Positions 56,298 to 64,000 of a stretch of 64,000 bases of DNA are shown one piece after another. The position numbers were made by a program, and so were the translations under genes. The notes beneath the pieces are model-generated. The model saw only the letters and a program-made list of their open reading frames with translations, ran no database searches and was not told the origin of the DNA. The stretch lies in sequence record MW812342.1; one strand, 5' to 3'. Within the stretch, counting starts at the first letter, position 1, and each line of letters opens with the position of its first letter.

Positions 56298-58409
56298 ATG
56301 ATATTACGTGAACGTGATTGGGGTTTTTATCCGGGCGCTTTGGCGGATGATACCACCAAGAACAAACACTTTATGTATTTCGCCGATACTTTAAAAGGAC
56401 TCGGTGTAAAGCACTGGTATTTGCATCTTGCACTTCTCGACCCGGAACTGCAAGGTGTTGATCCGCACGACCCACACCTGACTGTTGAACAACAGGCGCG
56501 TGTGATTGCAGAATGTGCACGTAACCCATGGTACTACATCCGTGAATGTCTGCGCGTTCCTGCGGATGGTACTGACGGTGTACCCTTTAAGATTGACCGC
56601 GGTAACTTTGCGATGTTTTGGATCTTCTTCAACAACATCGACGTGGCCATCGAATTCCTTCGTCAGCACGGTAAGACTGTCGGGATGTGTTCGCTCCTGA
56701 GCTGGCTGCTGCGTTTTCTTGAAAAGTCACGTACGATTCTGGTCACCAAAGGGCCGGTGCTGCGTGAGGAAACCATCACCAAACTGAAAGAGCTGCGGAA
56801 CTGCCTGCCGAAATACCTGTGGCCTATCCACCCGGATGACCCTGACAACAAGGAAGCCTTTGCGTGTATGGCGCAGGGCAACAAACTGATTACCGCGATT
56901 GGTCAGAACGATGAGCAATCTGCAAACGGTGTGGGCCGTGGTCTAACCGCCGGTCGTCTGTTCTCGGATGAGGGCCCCTTCACCAACAACATCCACATCA
57001 TTCTTCCGGCCGCACTGGCATCCGGTACGGCCGCCCGTAACATCAACGAAGAATCCGGTGTGCCTTACGGTAACGTGTTCGCAACAACGCCCGGCGATCT
57101 GGCAACCCCGGAAGGTCAGTACATGTACGACCTGATGACCTCGGGGATTAACTGGGATGAGCGTTACATTGATATCCCAACCCGTCAGCAGTTGATTGAC
57201 CTGATTCGACACAACTCCACGTCGAAGATGCCACGTATCATGTTTTACGCGAAGTTCAACCACCGACAACTGGGTACCTCCGATGCGAAGCTCGCAGACA
57301 TGATTGCGAACGCCACGGGTAGCCCAGACCAAATCCGCCGTGACTTCGGTGGTGAATGGACAACTGGTGGTTTCAACAAACCGTTCTCCGGTGACGATGC
57401 CCGTCGCATGAACGGCTCGCGTATGCGTGCCACGTACAAAGATATCAGTCCGGCCAACTACATCACCGATTGGTATTACAGCGAAATGGAGATGGCGACG
57501 AAACTCCACGACCGCCACATCATCGGACTGGATACGTCTGAGGCAGTAGGTCGAGATGCGATTGCGATGTCGATTGTCAACTCGGTCACAGCGGAGTATG
57601 CCGGGAAGATGACCGTGAACGAAACCAACGTTATCGGTTTTGCCATTCACTTGGCGGACTTCATGGAGCGCTTCCCGAATACGGTACTTATCCTCGAGCG
57701 TAAGTCGACCGGTTCGTCGGTTGCGGATGCTATCATCCTTCAATTGCAATCCCGTGTTCGTGACTTACACCGCCGTCTGTACGTCAGGATAACGGACACC
57801 AACAGCCGTAACGACGATTTGTATAAGGAGTATGCTCGCGGTCCGGCAGGTGGTAACGCTGAACGGTTCTGGGACAAATTCCGTAAATACATTGGCTTCA
57901 CTACGGACGGCGATAAACGTCGGAAATTATATGGTGAGGTCTTCACCATGGCTCTCCGTTTATCAGCCCACTTATTACGCAGTGGCGAACTCATCGACCA
58001 GATCCTTGGTTTGGTGGAGCGCAGCGGACGTATTGACCACCAGAAATCCGGTCACGATGACTTGGTCATTTCTTGGTTACTGGCAATGTGGCTGCTCTTG
58101 TTTGGTAAGAACCTGAACCACTATGGGATTACCAACAACCGGCTAATGATTCGAAATCGCAATATCCTTGTAGGTGGAGATGTTACTGGAGACGAGGACG
58201 CGATGGTTGAAGAGGAGGAGAAGCAACAGCAACTGATGGGTGAGATTGAAGAAGTGATGAAACAAAGTGTGGGCGTGACGTGTCCTGTTCGCCAAATGAC
58301 CTTGCGTAATCGCCTCCAGTCCCTTATCGCTCAACTTAACACTGATATGCGCAACGTCGCATCGATGGAAAGCTTGAAAGAGCTTATCCAACGCCAGAGG
58401 ATGAAGTAA
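56298..58409 (+). CDS. terL: Terminase large subunit (phiKZ gp25 / SPN3US gp260-like)
   Basis: NPWYYIRE, Walker A RQHGKT, Walker B FSDEG, ATTPG (motif C), nuclease GLDTSEAVGRD and HDDLVISWL. Confidence 0.95.
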   Translation: MILRERDWGFYPGALADDTTKNKHFMYFADTLKGLGVKHWYLHLALLDPELQGVDPHDPHLTVEQQARVIAECARNPWYYIRECLRVPADGTDGVPFKIDRGNFAMFWIFFNNIDVAIEFLRQHGKTVGMCSLLSWLLRFLEKSRTILVTKGPVLREETITKLKELRNCLPKYLWPIHPDDPDNKEAFACMAQGNKLITAIGQNDEQSANGVGRGLTAGRLFSDEGPFTNNIHIILPAALASGTAARNINEESGVPYGNVFATTPGDLATPEGQYMYDLMTSGINWDERYIDIPTRQQLIDLIRHNSTSKMPRIMFYAKFNHRQLGTSDAKLADMIANATGSPDQIRRDFGGEWTTGGFNKPFSGDDARRMNGSRMRATYKDISPANYITDWYYSEMEMATKLHDRHIIGLDTSEAVGRDAIAMSIVNSVTAEYAGKMTVNETNVIGFAIHLADFMERFPNTVLILERKSTGSSVADAIILQLQSRVRDLHRRLYVRITDTNSRNDDLYKEYARGPAGGNAERFWDKFRKYIGFTTDGDKRRKLYGEVFTMALRLSAHLLRSGELIDQILGLVERSGRIDHQKSGHDDLVISWLLAMWLLLFGKNLNHYGITNNRLMIRNRNILVGGDVTGDEDAMVEEEEKQQQLMGEIEEVMKQSVGVTCPVRQMTLRNRLQSLIAQLNTDMRNVASMESLKELIQRQRMK

Positions 58410-58636
58410 TGACTCAACTCTTTTATTTAGCGGTAGCAATCGTTTGGATCGCCATGTTTGTGTCCATACACCACATTCACGGCGTTGTTAAACAACATGC
58501 CATTCAGAACAATCTCTCTACGATGGTCTTGCTTCGATCGCAAGCCTTTGCGATTACCGGGATGATTGTACTGGGTGCCATCGCGACATCAGGGATGCAT
58601 TACGTTTACACATTACACCAACTCTCGGTTCTGTAA
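58409..58636 (+). CDS. Small two-TM membrane protein
   Basis: 75 aa, TAATG-coupled to terminase, two hydrophobic segments. Confidence 0.65.
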   Translation: MTQLFYLAVAIVWIAMFVSIHHIHGVVKQHAIQNNLSTMVLLRSQAFAITGMIVLGAIATSGMHYVYTLHQLSVL

Positions 58637-58655
58637 GTCCGGCTGCTGGCACGAT

Positions 58656-58711
58656 AAAAAAGAATAGGCACCTACCCCAAAAGGAGTAGGTGCCGTTCTT
58701 TTATTTTTTTT
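58656..58711. terminator. Bidirectional intrinsic terminator
   Basis: A-tract, GGCACCTAC...GTAGGTGCC stem, T-tract, between convergent genes. Confidence 0.85.
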
Positions 58712-60090
58712 TAGCTTGCAATCGCTCGCACGAGGAAGTAGAGCAACAAGGCATTACGCACCGCAGCGAGTGCCGCGGTATGCGTCAGGTGAGTTTCCTT
58801 CTTCACCAGTTTCTCTAAGCGGTCACGCAACGACAAGACATATTCGTTGGTGGACTTTGAGGACTGGTACAGCGCACGCATTCGGTTCAACAAGAACGCC
58901 ACGTCTTTGAAGTTGATGCGGTTGGTCACAATCAAATCAAAGGCATGGGCCAGCGCATCGTTCATGATGGCTTCAACTTCGCTGCGCTGCTTACCAAGCG
59001 GCAAGGAGGCGATGTAGAACAACACCGTCTTCATGGCCACCGGTGACGCCTTTGGCACCATCTCAAGTGCCACGCGCGCCAACTCTTCTTTGTAGAAGTT
59101 ATTGATGTCGTACGACGAATCAATCAGCGTTTGTTTCGCGGTGTTCAGTGCGGTGACTTTATCGCGGATAATCGACTCCCCGTCCAAATCGATACGGGAC
59201 GACTGACTCAACACACGGGCATTAGACCGGCGTACCGCATCCAGAACGGCGTAGTAGTCTTTCACCGTTTGTTTGGTACGGGTGTTCAAGTCCGTGATAA
59301 AGCGGATGAGCAGATCGGGGTGGTTGAACGCTTTCACCTCGTTGTAGTGCGGGCACTCTTTGGAGACGAAGTATTCCGCACGATCGGTCATGTGCAAGCC
59401 CCAATTCCCCATGCGACGAATATCGAACTTCAACGACAGCATGGAGTACGCCGCCTCAGCGGCCGGAAGGTCAACCGGTTTTGGGAAGAAGTGGTAATAG
59501 ATACTCGAGTAGAATTTAAACTGGAGTAGTTTCACCAAATCCACCGCGGCTCCGTAAATCTCTTTGTCGGAGAATTTCGGGTACATGCTGTGAATCATGA
59601 AGGCGATGGTCAGGTTGAACGTGTTACCTGCCACGGCCCAGTCCGCATTAATGGTTTTGGTTTGGGCAATCTCGGCTTCCAGCAAATCCTCGTCGATCTC
59701 GAGCACCTCATCGAACAATCGGTTACGGTCACTGTCGTAGAAGCGGATGGTGTGCACCCCCAAGAGGTTGGAGCCGAACCACTCGACATTCCCTTCGCGG
59801 TTAAACACGCCGGAAACGTACAAGCGAATTTTGGTGGCGAGACGTCGGTCGAACGTCACGTTCTTAAAGACGCCTTCGAACGCCTTGCGAAGGGCTTCGG
59901 TCTTGACCGCCTCGGAGGCGACAAGCTGACCGGCAGGGATATACCCGCCTAAACCGTAGTCGTAAATCAACCCGTTATCCAGAGGAATGTCCCACTCATC
60001 TGGAATGCGATTACGAGACGATTCGCCGACCGCTAACTCTTTTCCATCACGATAGCAACCCGTCGTGAAGTCAAAAACAAGCTCGGACAT
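58711..60090 (-). CDS. Conserved virion structural protein (SPN3US gp262-like)
   Basis: 459 aa; FGSNLLGV..IRF, SLKFDI...GNW motifs recalled for phiKZ-like virion proteins. Confidence 0.7.
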   Translation of the reverse strand: MSELVFDFTTGCYRDGKELAVGESSRNRIPDEWDIPLDNGLIYDYGLGGYIPAGQLVASEAVKTEALRKAFEGVFKNVTFDRRLATKIRLYVSGVFNREGNVEWFGSNLLGVHTIRFYDSDRNRLFDEVLEIDEDLLEAEIAQTKTINADWAVAGNTFNLTIAFMIHSMYPKFSDKEIYGAAVDLVKLLQFKFYSSIYYHFFPKPVDLPAAEAAYSMLSLKFDIRRMGNWGLHMTDRAEYFVSKECPHYNEVKAFNHPDLLIRFITDLNTRTKQTVKDYYAVLDAVRRSNARVLSQSSRIDLDGESIIRDKVTALNTAKQTLIDSSYDINNFYKEELARVALEMVPKASPVAMKTVLFYIASLPLGKQRSEVEAIMNDALAHAFDLIVTNRINFKDVAFLLNRMRALYQSSKSTNEYVLSLRDRLEKLVKKETHLTHTAALAAVRNALLLYFLVRAIAS

Positions 60091-60116
60091 AACGATTCCT
60101 CTAAATTTTTACGGAT

Positions 60117-60133
60117 AGATATTATCATTTTGA
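60117..60133 (+). promoter_or_regulatory. Putative early promoter AGATATTATC-N4-TGA
   Basis: Motif copy upstream of 60159. Confidence 0.6.
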
Positions 60134-60158
60134 TAATACCATAAGGAGTTTTTAAACC

Positions 60159-61289
60159 ATGAAGAAATTACTCAGAAAACAAGACTGGAATCAAAAGTAC
60201 CATTCCCCGGATTTCGACAAATCCACACCGGTGATTGTCTGGAAACTCGACCACGGCTGCTTGTGCACATTGCGTAACGTGGGTGGAATGGTCGTAATTG
60301 AAAATGGCACCTATTCTGCCGCCAACACCCTACTGGCTCGCTTGCTGTCCGAAGCGGGTATCACCGGCGACATCACTATTCATACCACAGCACTGATTCC
60401 ACAGAACGTGTCTCGTTGGTTGACATGGTGGTTGTCAACAGAGCCGGAAGAGGATGACCCGCATCTGCGGACACTCACCGTTTCAACAATGGGGCAGATT
60501 CCGACAAAGAAACTGCCTTTCCAAGTAAACGTCATTAAACCTGCGACAATGGAAGCCAACGGAGTCCTCGACTACGTACGCCAAAGTTCTCGCAACCCCT
60601 CTGTCTCACAATTCCTTGTGGAGCACGGGGGACAGGTATATCGTCTGGAACCAGAACGTCGGACGGAGGCAAAGATTGTAGACTGTACGTCACGCGGATA
60701 TGTTTTACGTACCCAGTCCAATCACGTCTTCTTAACGAATATGGTCTCGAGACGGATACAGGCGCAACTCAAGGCTAAGAACTTGAGGCCCGAAAACCTC
60801 ATCGGTGCCACCGTGAGGGTAGAGTACACAATGTTTACTGACGGGAACCGTCTGTGTAACTATAAGTCACCCATTGTGTATCGCTGTACCGATTTGGACA
60901 CATTGTGTCCAGATGCCATCCCCCCATACGATGGTCCCTTCATGTTCATTAGTAACCAGCCATCCAACAACGCGCTGTTGACAGCCACTCGATGTGGACG
61001 GGCGAGGATTACGCAAAACGGGGATTCTATCATTGGGTGCGATGGGGAGTCCGATCTGCAACTGTTCCGCTTCACCAGGGGCGTTGAGGACGGCTGCTAT
61101 GCAGCTACCCTCGAACGACAAGGGCAGTCGGAGGATTGGCGTTTTGAATCTGATTTGGCCACGGACGCACTCGATCCTGATGCGTTTGTACGCTGTGTGG
61201 AAAACCACCTTTACCACACAACGGGGTATCGCCTACAGGGAATCAGACTCAAATACGTTGATAGGACAAACACCCCAACGATGACATAG
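60159..61289 (+). CDS. Protein with degenerate ATP-dependent DNA ligase-like (NTase + OB) architecture
   Basis: WKLDHG (motif I-like), ITGDI (motif III-like), EAKIVD and LIGATVRVEYTMFTDGNRL...SPIVYR (ligase OB-fold-like C-terminal pattern); extra C-terminal region. Confidence 0.45.
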   Translation: MKKLLRKQDWNQKYHSPDFDKSTPVIVWKLDHGCLCTLRNVGGMVVIENGTYSAANTLLARLLSEAGITGDITIHTTALIPQNVSRWLTWWLSTEPEEDDPHLRTLTVSTMGQIPTKKLPFQVNVIKPATMEANGVLDYVRQSSRNPSVSQFLVEHGGQVYRLEPERRTEAKIVDCTSRGYVLRTQSNHVFLTNMVSRRIQAQLKAKNLRPENLIGATVRVEYTMFTDGNRLCNYKSPIVYRCTDLDTLCPDAIPPYDGPFMFISNQPSNNALLTATRCGRARITQNGDSIIGCDGESDLQLFRFTRGVEDGCYAATLERQGQSEDWRFESDLATDALDPDAFVRCVENHLYHTTGYRLQGIRLKYVDRTNTPTMT

Positions 61290-61300
61290 GAGTAAACGCT

Positions 61301-61822
61301 ATGCTTGCTACACCTACCTGTACTGCCCAAAACGTAATCGGTCTGCGTGTAGTTTGTCAGGATAATAGACTGGCAAATCTGTGTGATGAAGGAATCATCA
61401 CCGCCATGATGAACTATAACCCATTGGGAGACTATGGTCGCCGCAACCCCACCGAACTGCTATCTATCGCAGCGGTAATCAAGCGCATCTTTGGGAGCCT
61501 CACGGTTGCCGAATTTAGTCGCTTCATCGACAGCCGAGAAGACATCTCGGTCGGTTTCTTAGCCCTGCTGCAAGACGGTGCAGCCTCGTTCGAAATGGGC
61601 TTGGGTAACTTCCTTGACTTTGAGTCAGGATTCGAAAATGGGGTCTTCTTTGTAAGTCGCGACCGCTACAATGGGGTTTGGGATTATCTGGCTAGATCAG
61701 GCGTCAACGTTCCGCCCAGTATCCGCAATATGCAGCTGTATGATGTCAACATCTTCGGGGAGCCGGGGCTGTGGATCAAACCTGTGTATCTAGGAACTGA
61801 CGGTTCTAGTATCCGTTCTTAA
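61301..61822 (+). CDS. Hypothetical protein
   Basis: 173 aa, RBS AGGAG. Confidence 0.75.
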   Translation: MLATPTCTAQNVIGLRVVCQDNRLANLCDEGIITAMMNYNPLGDYGRRNPTELLSIAAVIKRIFGSLTVAEFSRFIDSREDISVGFLALLQDGAASFEMGLGNFLDFESGFENGVFFVSRDRYNGVWDYLARSGVNVPPSIRNMQLYDVNIFGEPGLWIKPVYLGTDGSSIRS

Positions 61823-61827
61823 CGGCT

Positions 61828-61871
61828 GACTGTGCTGCCTTCGGGTGGCACAGTCTATTTTTTTGTTTGTT
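61828..61871 (+). terminator. Intrinsic terminator, UUCG loop
   Basis: GACTGTGCTGCC-TTCG-GGTGGCACAGTC plus T-tract. Confidence 0.9.
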
Positions 61872-61892
61872 TGAATAAAAAAGATTTCAGAT

Positions 61893-61909
61893 ATATATTA
61901 CCTTAGTGA
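61893..61909 (+). promoter_or_regulatory. Putative early promoter ATATATTACC-N4-TGA
   Basis: Contains TATATTAC, preceded by an A/T tract. Confidence 0.75.
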
Positions 61910-61959
61910 GATTGGCCTATCAATCTTAACTCAACCTATTGACTATCGAGGAAAACTTC

Positions 61960-62604
61960 ATGACTAACTTCACCCGCGTTGAATCCCTGAAAGCTGTACT
62001 TCCATCCGATTTCGAGTCAGCGTTCTTGGAGGCCATTGACCGTGTCGAAAACGTGGCCAGTGATTCGGCCATTCTCACCCGTTGGGTATTGATGAACGAA
62101 GGGCGTCCTGAGAAGGTCGCTATGGCCCTTCAGGAAGGCAACAACGTGACGTTCCCCTTCTTCCTAGGGGTTACCCTTCCTGAGATGGAAGACATCGCCA
62201 AAGCGGCTTACAGCGACGTTAAGCATGTGGTCGTCTTTACCAAAGACCAACTGCCGAATGCGGAAGGCTGGCGGATGCTCACCTGTAACTACACCCCGCT
62301 GAAGAAATTCACCACCGACCAACCGTACACTGTCACGAAGAAAGAGGGTGGCGTGCTGGCTGAGGTTACTACCGTAGTAGGTGGTGCACTGATGGTAATG
62401 GCACCGGGATGTAGTGCGCTGGTGTTGGGCGACGAACAGCCGACTGACCAAGTCTGGGCATTGGTTGAAGAACTTGCAGCCGTCTCAAATGCGGAGGGTC
62501 TGGAGTTCTCAGTACAAGCCATGAATCCACAGTGGTCAATGCTGTTGGATGAGCATCCTGACTACGACCTGAACAATGTCACCTTGGCAAAAACCATCCA
62601 CTAA
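61960..62604 (+). CDS. Hypothetical early protein (monocistronic)
   Basis: RBS GAGGA at 61948-61952, ATG 61960; own promoter and terminator. Confidence 0.8.
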   Translation: MTNFTRVESLKAVLPSDFESAFLEAIDRVENVASDSAILTRWVLMNEGRPEKVAMALQEGNNVTFPFFLGVTLPEMEDIAKAAYSDVKHVVVFTKDQLPNAEGWRMLTCNYTPLKKFTTDQPYTVTKKEGGVLAEVTTVVGGALMVMAPGCSALVLGDEQPTDQVWALVEELAAVSNAEGLEFSVQAMNPQWSMLLDEHPDYDLNNVTLAKTIH

Positions 62605-62610
62605 AAAACG

Positions 62611-62637
62611 GGGAGCTTCGGCTCCCTATTTTTTTTT
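62611..62637 (+). terminator. Intrinsic terminator, UUCG loop
   Basis: GGGAGC-TTCG-GCTCCC plus long T-tract. Confidence 0.9.
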
Positions 62638-62734
62638 GTTTTTTGTTGTCCGGCGGTGATGTCCCGCCTGAAATTGTACACTTTTTAACCATGGGGCAAA
62701 TTCGCTCTAAAACGGTTTCTGAGGTGCCTCATTA

Positions 62735-62929
62735 ATGACCCAGTACACTTGGGTTCCCACTACCCCATTCGTGCAGCAGGGAATCGTACAGCGCGAAATT
62801 GGACGGGTTGCAAATCGGTTTCCGGGTGCAGGGCCGACGGCGCGACCGCCGATGCCGATCAAACGTTGGGGTGCGCTTGCGCGTTTTCAGGATCAAATAC
62901 GGGAATTCAGGGCAAACGAATCTTCGTGA
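62735..62929 (+). CDS. Possible 64-aa small protein
   Basis: GAGGTG about 9 nt upstream of the ATG; no homology cue, may be spurious. Confidence 0.3.
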   Translation: MTQYTWVPTTPFVQQGIVQREIGRVANRFPGAGPTARPPMPIKRWGALARFQDQIREFRANESS

Positions 62930-62959
62930 GTTTGGCTGAATTTGGTTGTTTTTTAACCA

Positions 62960-63280
62960 CTCACTCTCCCCGGCTCCTAGCCGGGATCGAGATCGACTTA
63001 ATTTAAAAATTTTTATTTTAAAAACAATCACTTAAACCAGATCCTGCCCCCGATCCTGAACCCCCTCTGGGGTTCAGTTAAAAAGTCCTTTCATTATACG
63101 CGTGCACGCGCACGCCATTTCCTACAGGATCTTTTAAAAGAATTAATAATATTATTAAATATATATATCCCGTAGGGATAATATTAATAATTAAATATAT
63201 ATAAACCCTACGGGTTTTAAATAACTAACGCGCGTGATCCTTATTACGAGATCTGATCCGGGAACCGGGGATCGGGGGTA
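62960..63280. other. Origin-like non-coding locus: AT-rich core, nested inverted repeats, GATC cluster
   Basis: AT-rich 63132-63230 core; CCCGTAGGG (63169-63177) and its reverse complement CCCTACGGG (63206-63214); CCCCCGATCC (63047-63056) / GGATCGGGGG (63269-63278); nine GATC in 62985-63273. Confidence 0.55.
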
Positions 63281-63284
63281 AGTC

Positions 63285-63310
63285 GAATTACAAGTTTTCC
63301 CAGTTCTATG
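63285..63310 (+). promoter_or_regulatory. Putative middle-class promoter GAATTACA-N14-TATG
   Basis: Same TAC-N-N14-TATG geometry as 1603, 9431 and 17948, but no gene start within about 30 nt. Confidence 0.45.
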
Positions 63311-63722
63311 CACGACGAACCAAACGCTTGCCCGAATCATCCTCGGGCCTTTTTCGAGAATCCACGATGCGGGTTCTGGACAAAGCCAGCGGGACAGCCT
63401 AACACTTCCCAACGCGTTTCAGGTTTCGGTCAGCGACTCGGACTTCGCATTCCGACGAGACCGGTACCGTGGTAGCCTCACGGGAGACTCACCGCTTTCG
63501 GGCCGTCACCCGATACGACGCCATGGAACTTACCCGTGGCCTGCGTGTGAACTCTCCCTGGGGTGTGACCAAATTCGAATTCGGCTTGCGGCCGATACCC
63601 GTACACGGTTTAGCCCCGTGTACACCGGAGTAATCTCCAACGGGAGGTTGATCCACATCTTGGCGGCTCGGAAAGACGAGAGGGGGATGTCCCCACGCTG
63701 TGAAGCGCTGGGATGTCGCTGA
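63310..63722 (+). ncRNA. Candidate structured ncRNA or long 5' leader
   Basis: Series of short stable hairpins (63330-63348, 63521-63539, 63601-63623, 63632-63649, 63692-63712 with GTGA GNRA loop) between a promoter motif and the RBS of 63749. Confidence 0.35.
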
Positions 63723-63748
63723 ATTAAATTCTAACCAGGAGTGTGACC

Positions 63749-64000
63749 ATGTCTGCCATGACGCTTGAAGAACTCATGCCTACCCGTATGCCCGACCCAG
63801 TGACTTTCCCACGCAACGGTGAACCGGTGCCTGTGGCCGACGTGGTTGCTTGGTTACGCACCGGTTGCCCGAATATCCACCACCTGACCGCCGCAGTCCT
63901 CGAAAAACATTTCGAGACGGTTGCCTTCCAGCCATTCCCCAACGAACTGGCTATGGCCGCTGTGGGTAAACTCAAACCCGAATGTGGGAATTACCACATC
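63749..64000 (+). CDS. Hypothetical protein, partial (runs off right edge)
   Basis: Not in ORF track. RBS AGGAG, ATG 63749, stop-free to the window end (MSAMTLEELMPTRMPDPVTFP...). Confidence 0.75.
   Translation, partial: MSAMTLEELMPTRMPDPVTFPRNGEPVPVADVVAWLRTGCPNIHHLTAAVLEKHFETVAFQPFPNELAMAAVGKLKPECGNYHI

Noticed and set aside
8589-58711. Repeated hairpin elements as a CRISPR array or insertion sequence ends
   Set aside because: Copies are kilobases apart, always at gene 3' ends with U-tracts; there is no repeat-spacer periodicity, cas gene, transposase or target duplication.
63156-63170. ATATATATCC as another early promoter
   Set aside because: It lacks the TTA(C/T)C core and the N4-TGA element; better explained as part of the AT-rich repeat.
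62605-63748. tRNA genes in the long intergenic region
   Set aside because: No cloverleaf with a GTTCGA T-loop and acceptor stem could be built; tRNAscan-SE or ARAGORN would be the definitive test.
63724-63975. 83-aa minus-strand ORF
   Set aside because: Antisense to the RBS-supported plus-strand gene starting at 63749.

Overview
A 64-kb segment of a phiKZ-related jumbo phage genome (nucleus-forming, Chimalliviridae type). Gene order and sizes fit my recollection of the Salmonella phage SPN3US / Erwinia jumbo phage lineage, and the very E. coli-like ThyA points to an Enterobacterales host. Virion and transcription core: split virion RNA polymerase subunits (beta-N, beta-C, beta-prime with NGDYDGD), prohead protease, tape-measure/lytic transglycosylase, baseplate proteins, tail tube, tail sheath and large terminase. 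Replication and nucleotide genes: DEDDh exonuclease, RNase H, UvsX, ThyA, two MazG-like paralogs, CYTH, HAD nucleotidase, HD hydrolase and a NADAR-like protein. There is also a probable spanin pair and blocks of orphan genes. No tRNA, rRNA, CRISPR array, intron or homing endonuclease was seen. Most notable unexplained signals: (1) an unannotated 66-aa micro-protein in the thyA operon that is essentially a free copy of the redox-active C-terminal tail of class Ia ribonucleotide reductase (DDNCAGGACKI); (2) a GATC-dense, AT-rich, symmetric origin-like locus at about 62.96-63.28 kb, followed by a phage promoter motif lying about 440 nt ahead of the next gene, across a hairpin-rich stretch (candidate ncRNA or long leader); (3) two fixed-spacing phage promoter classes readable directly from the sequence; (4) several pseudo-enzymes (catalytically eroded MazG, DNA-ligase-like and terminase-ATPase-like proteins). 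Homolog assignments (gp numbers) are from recalled motifs and synteny, not database searches.
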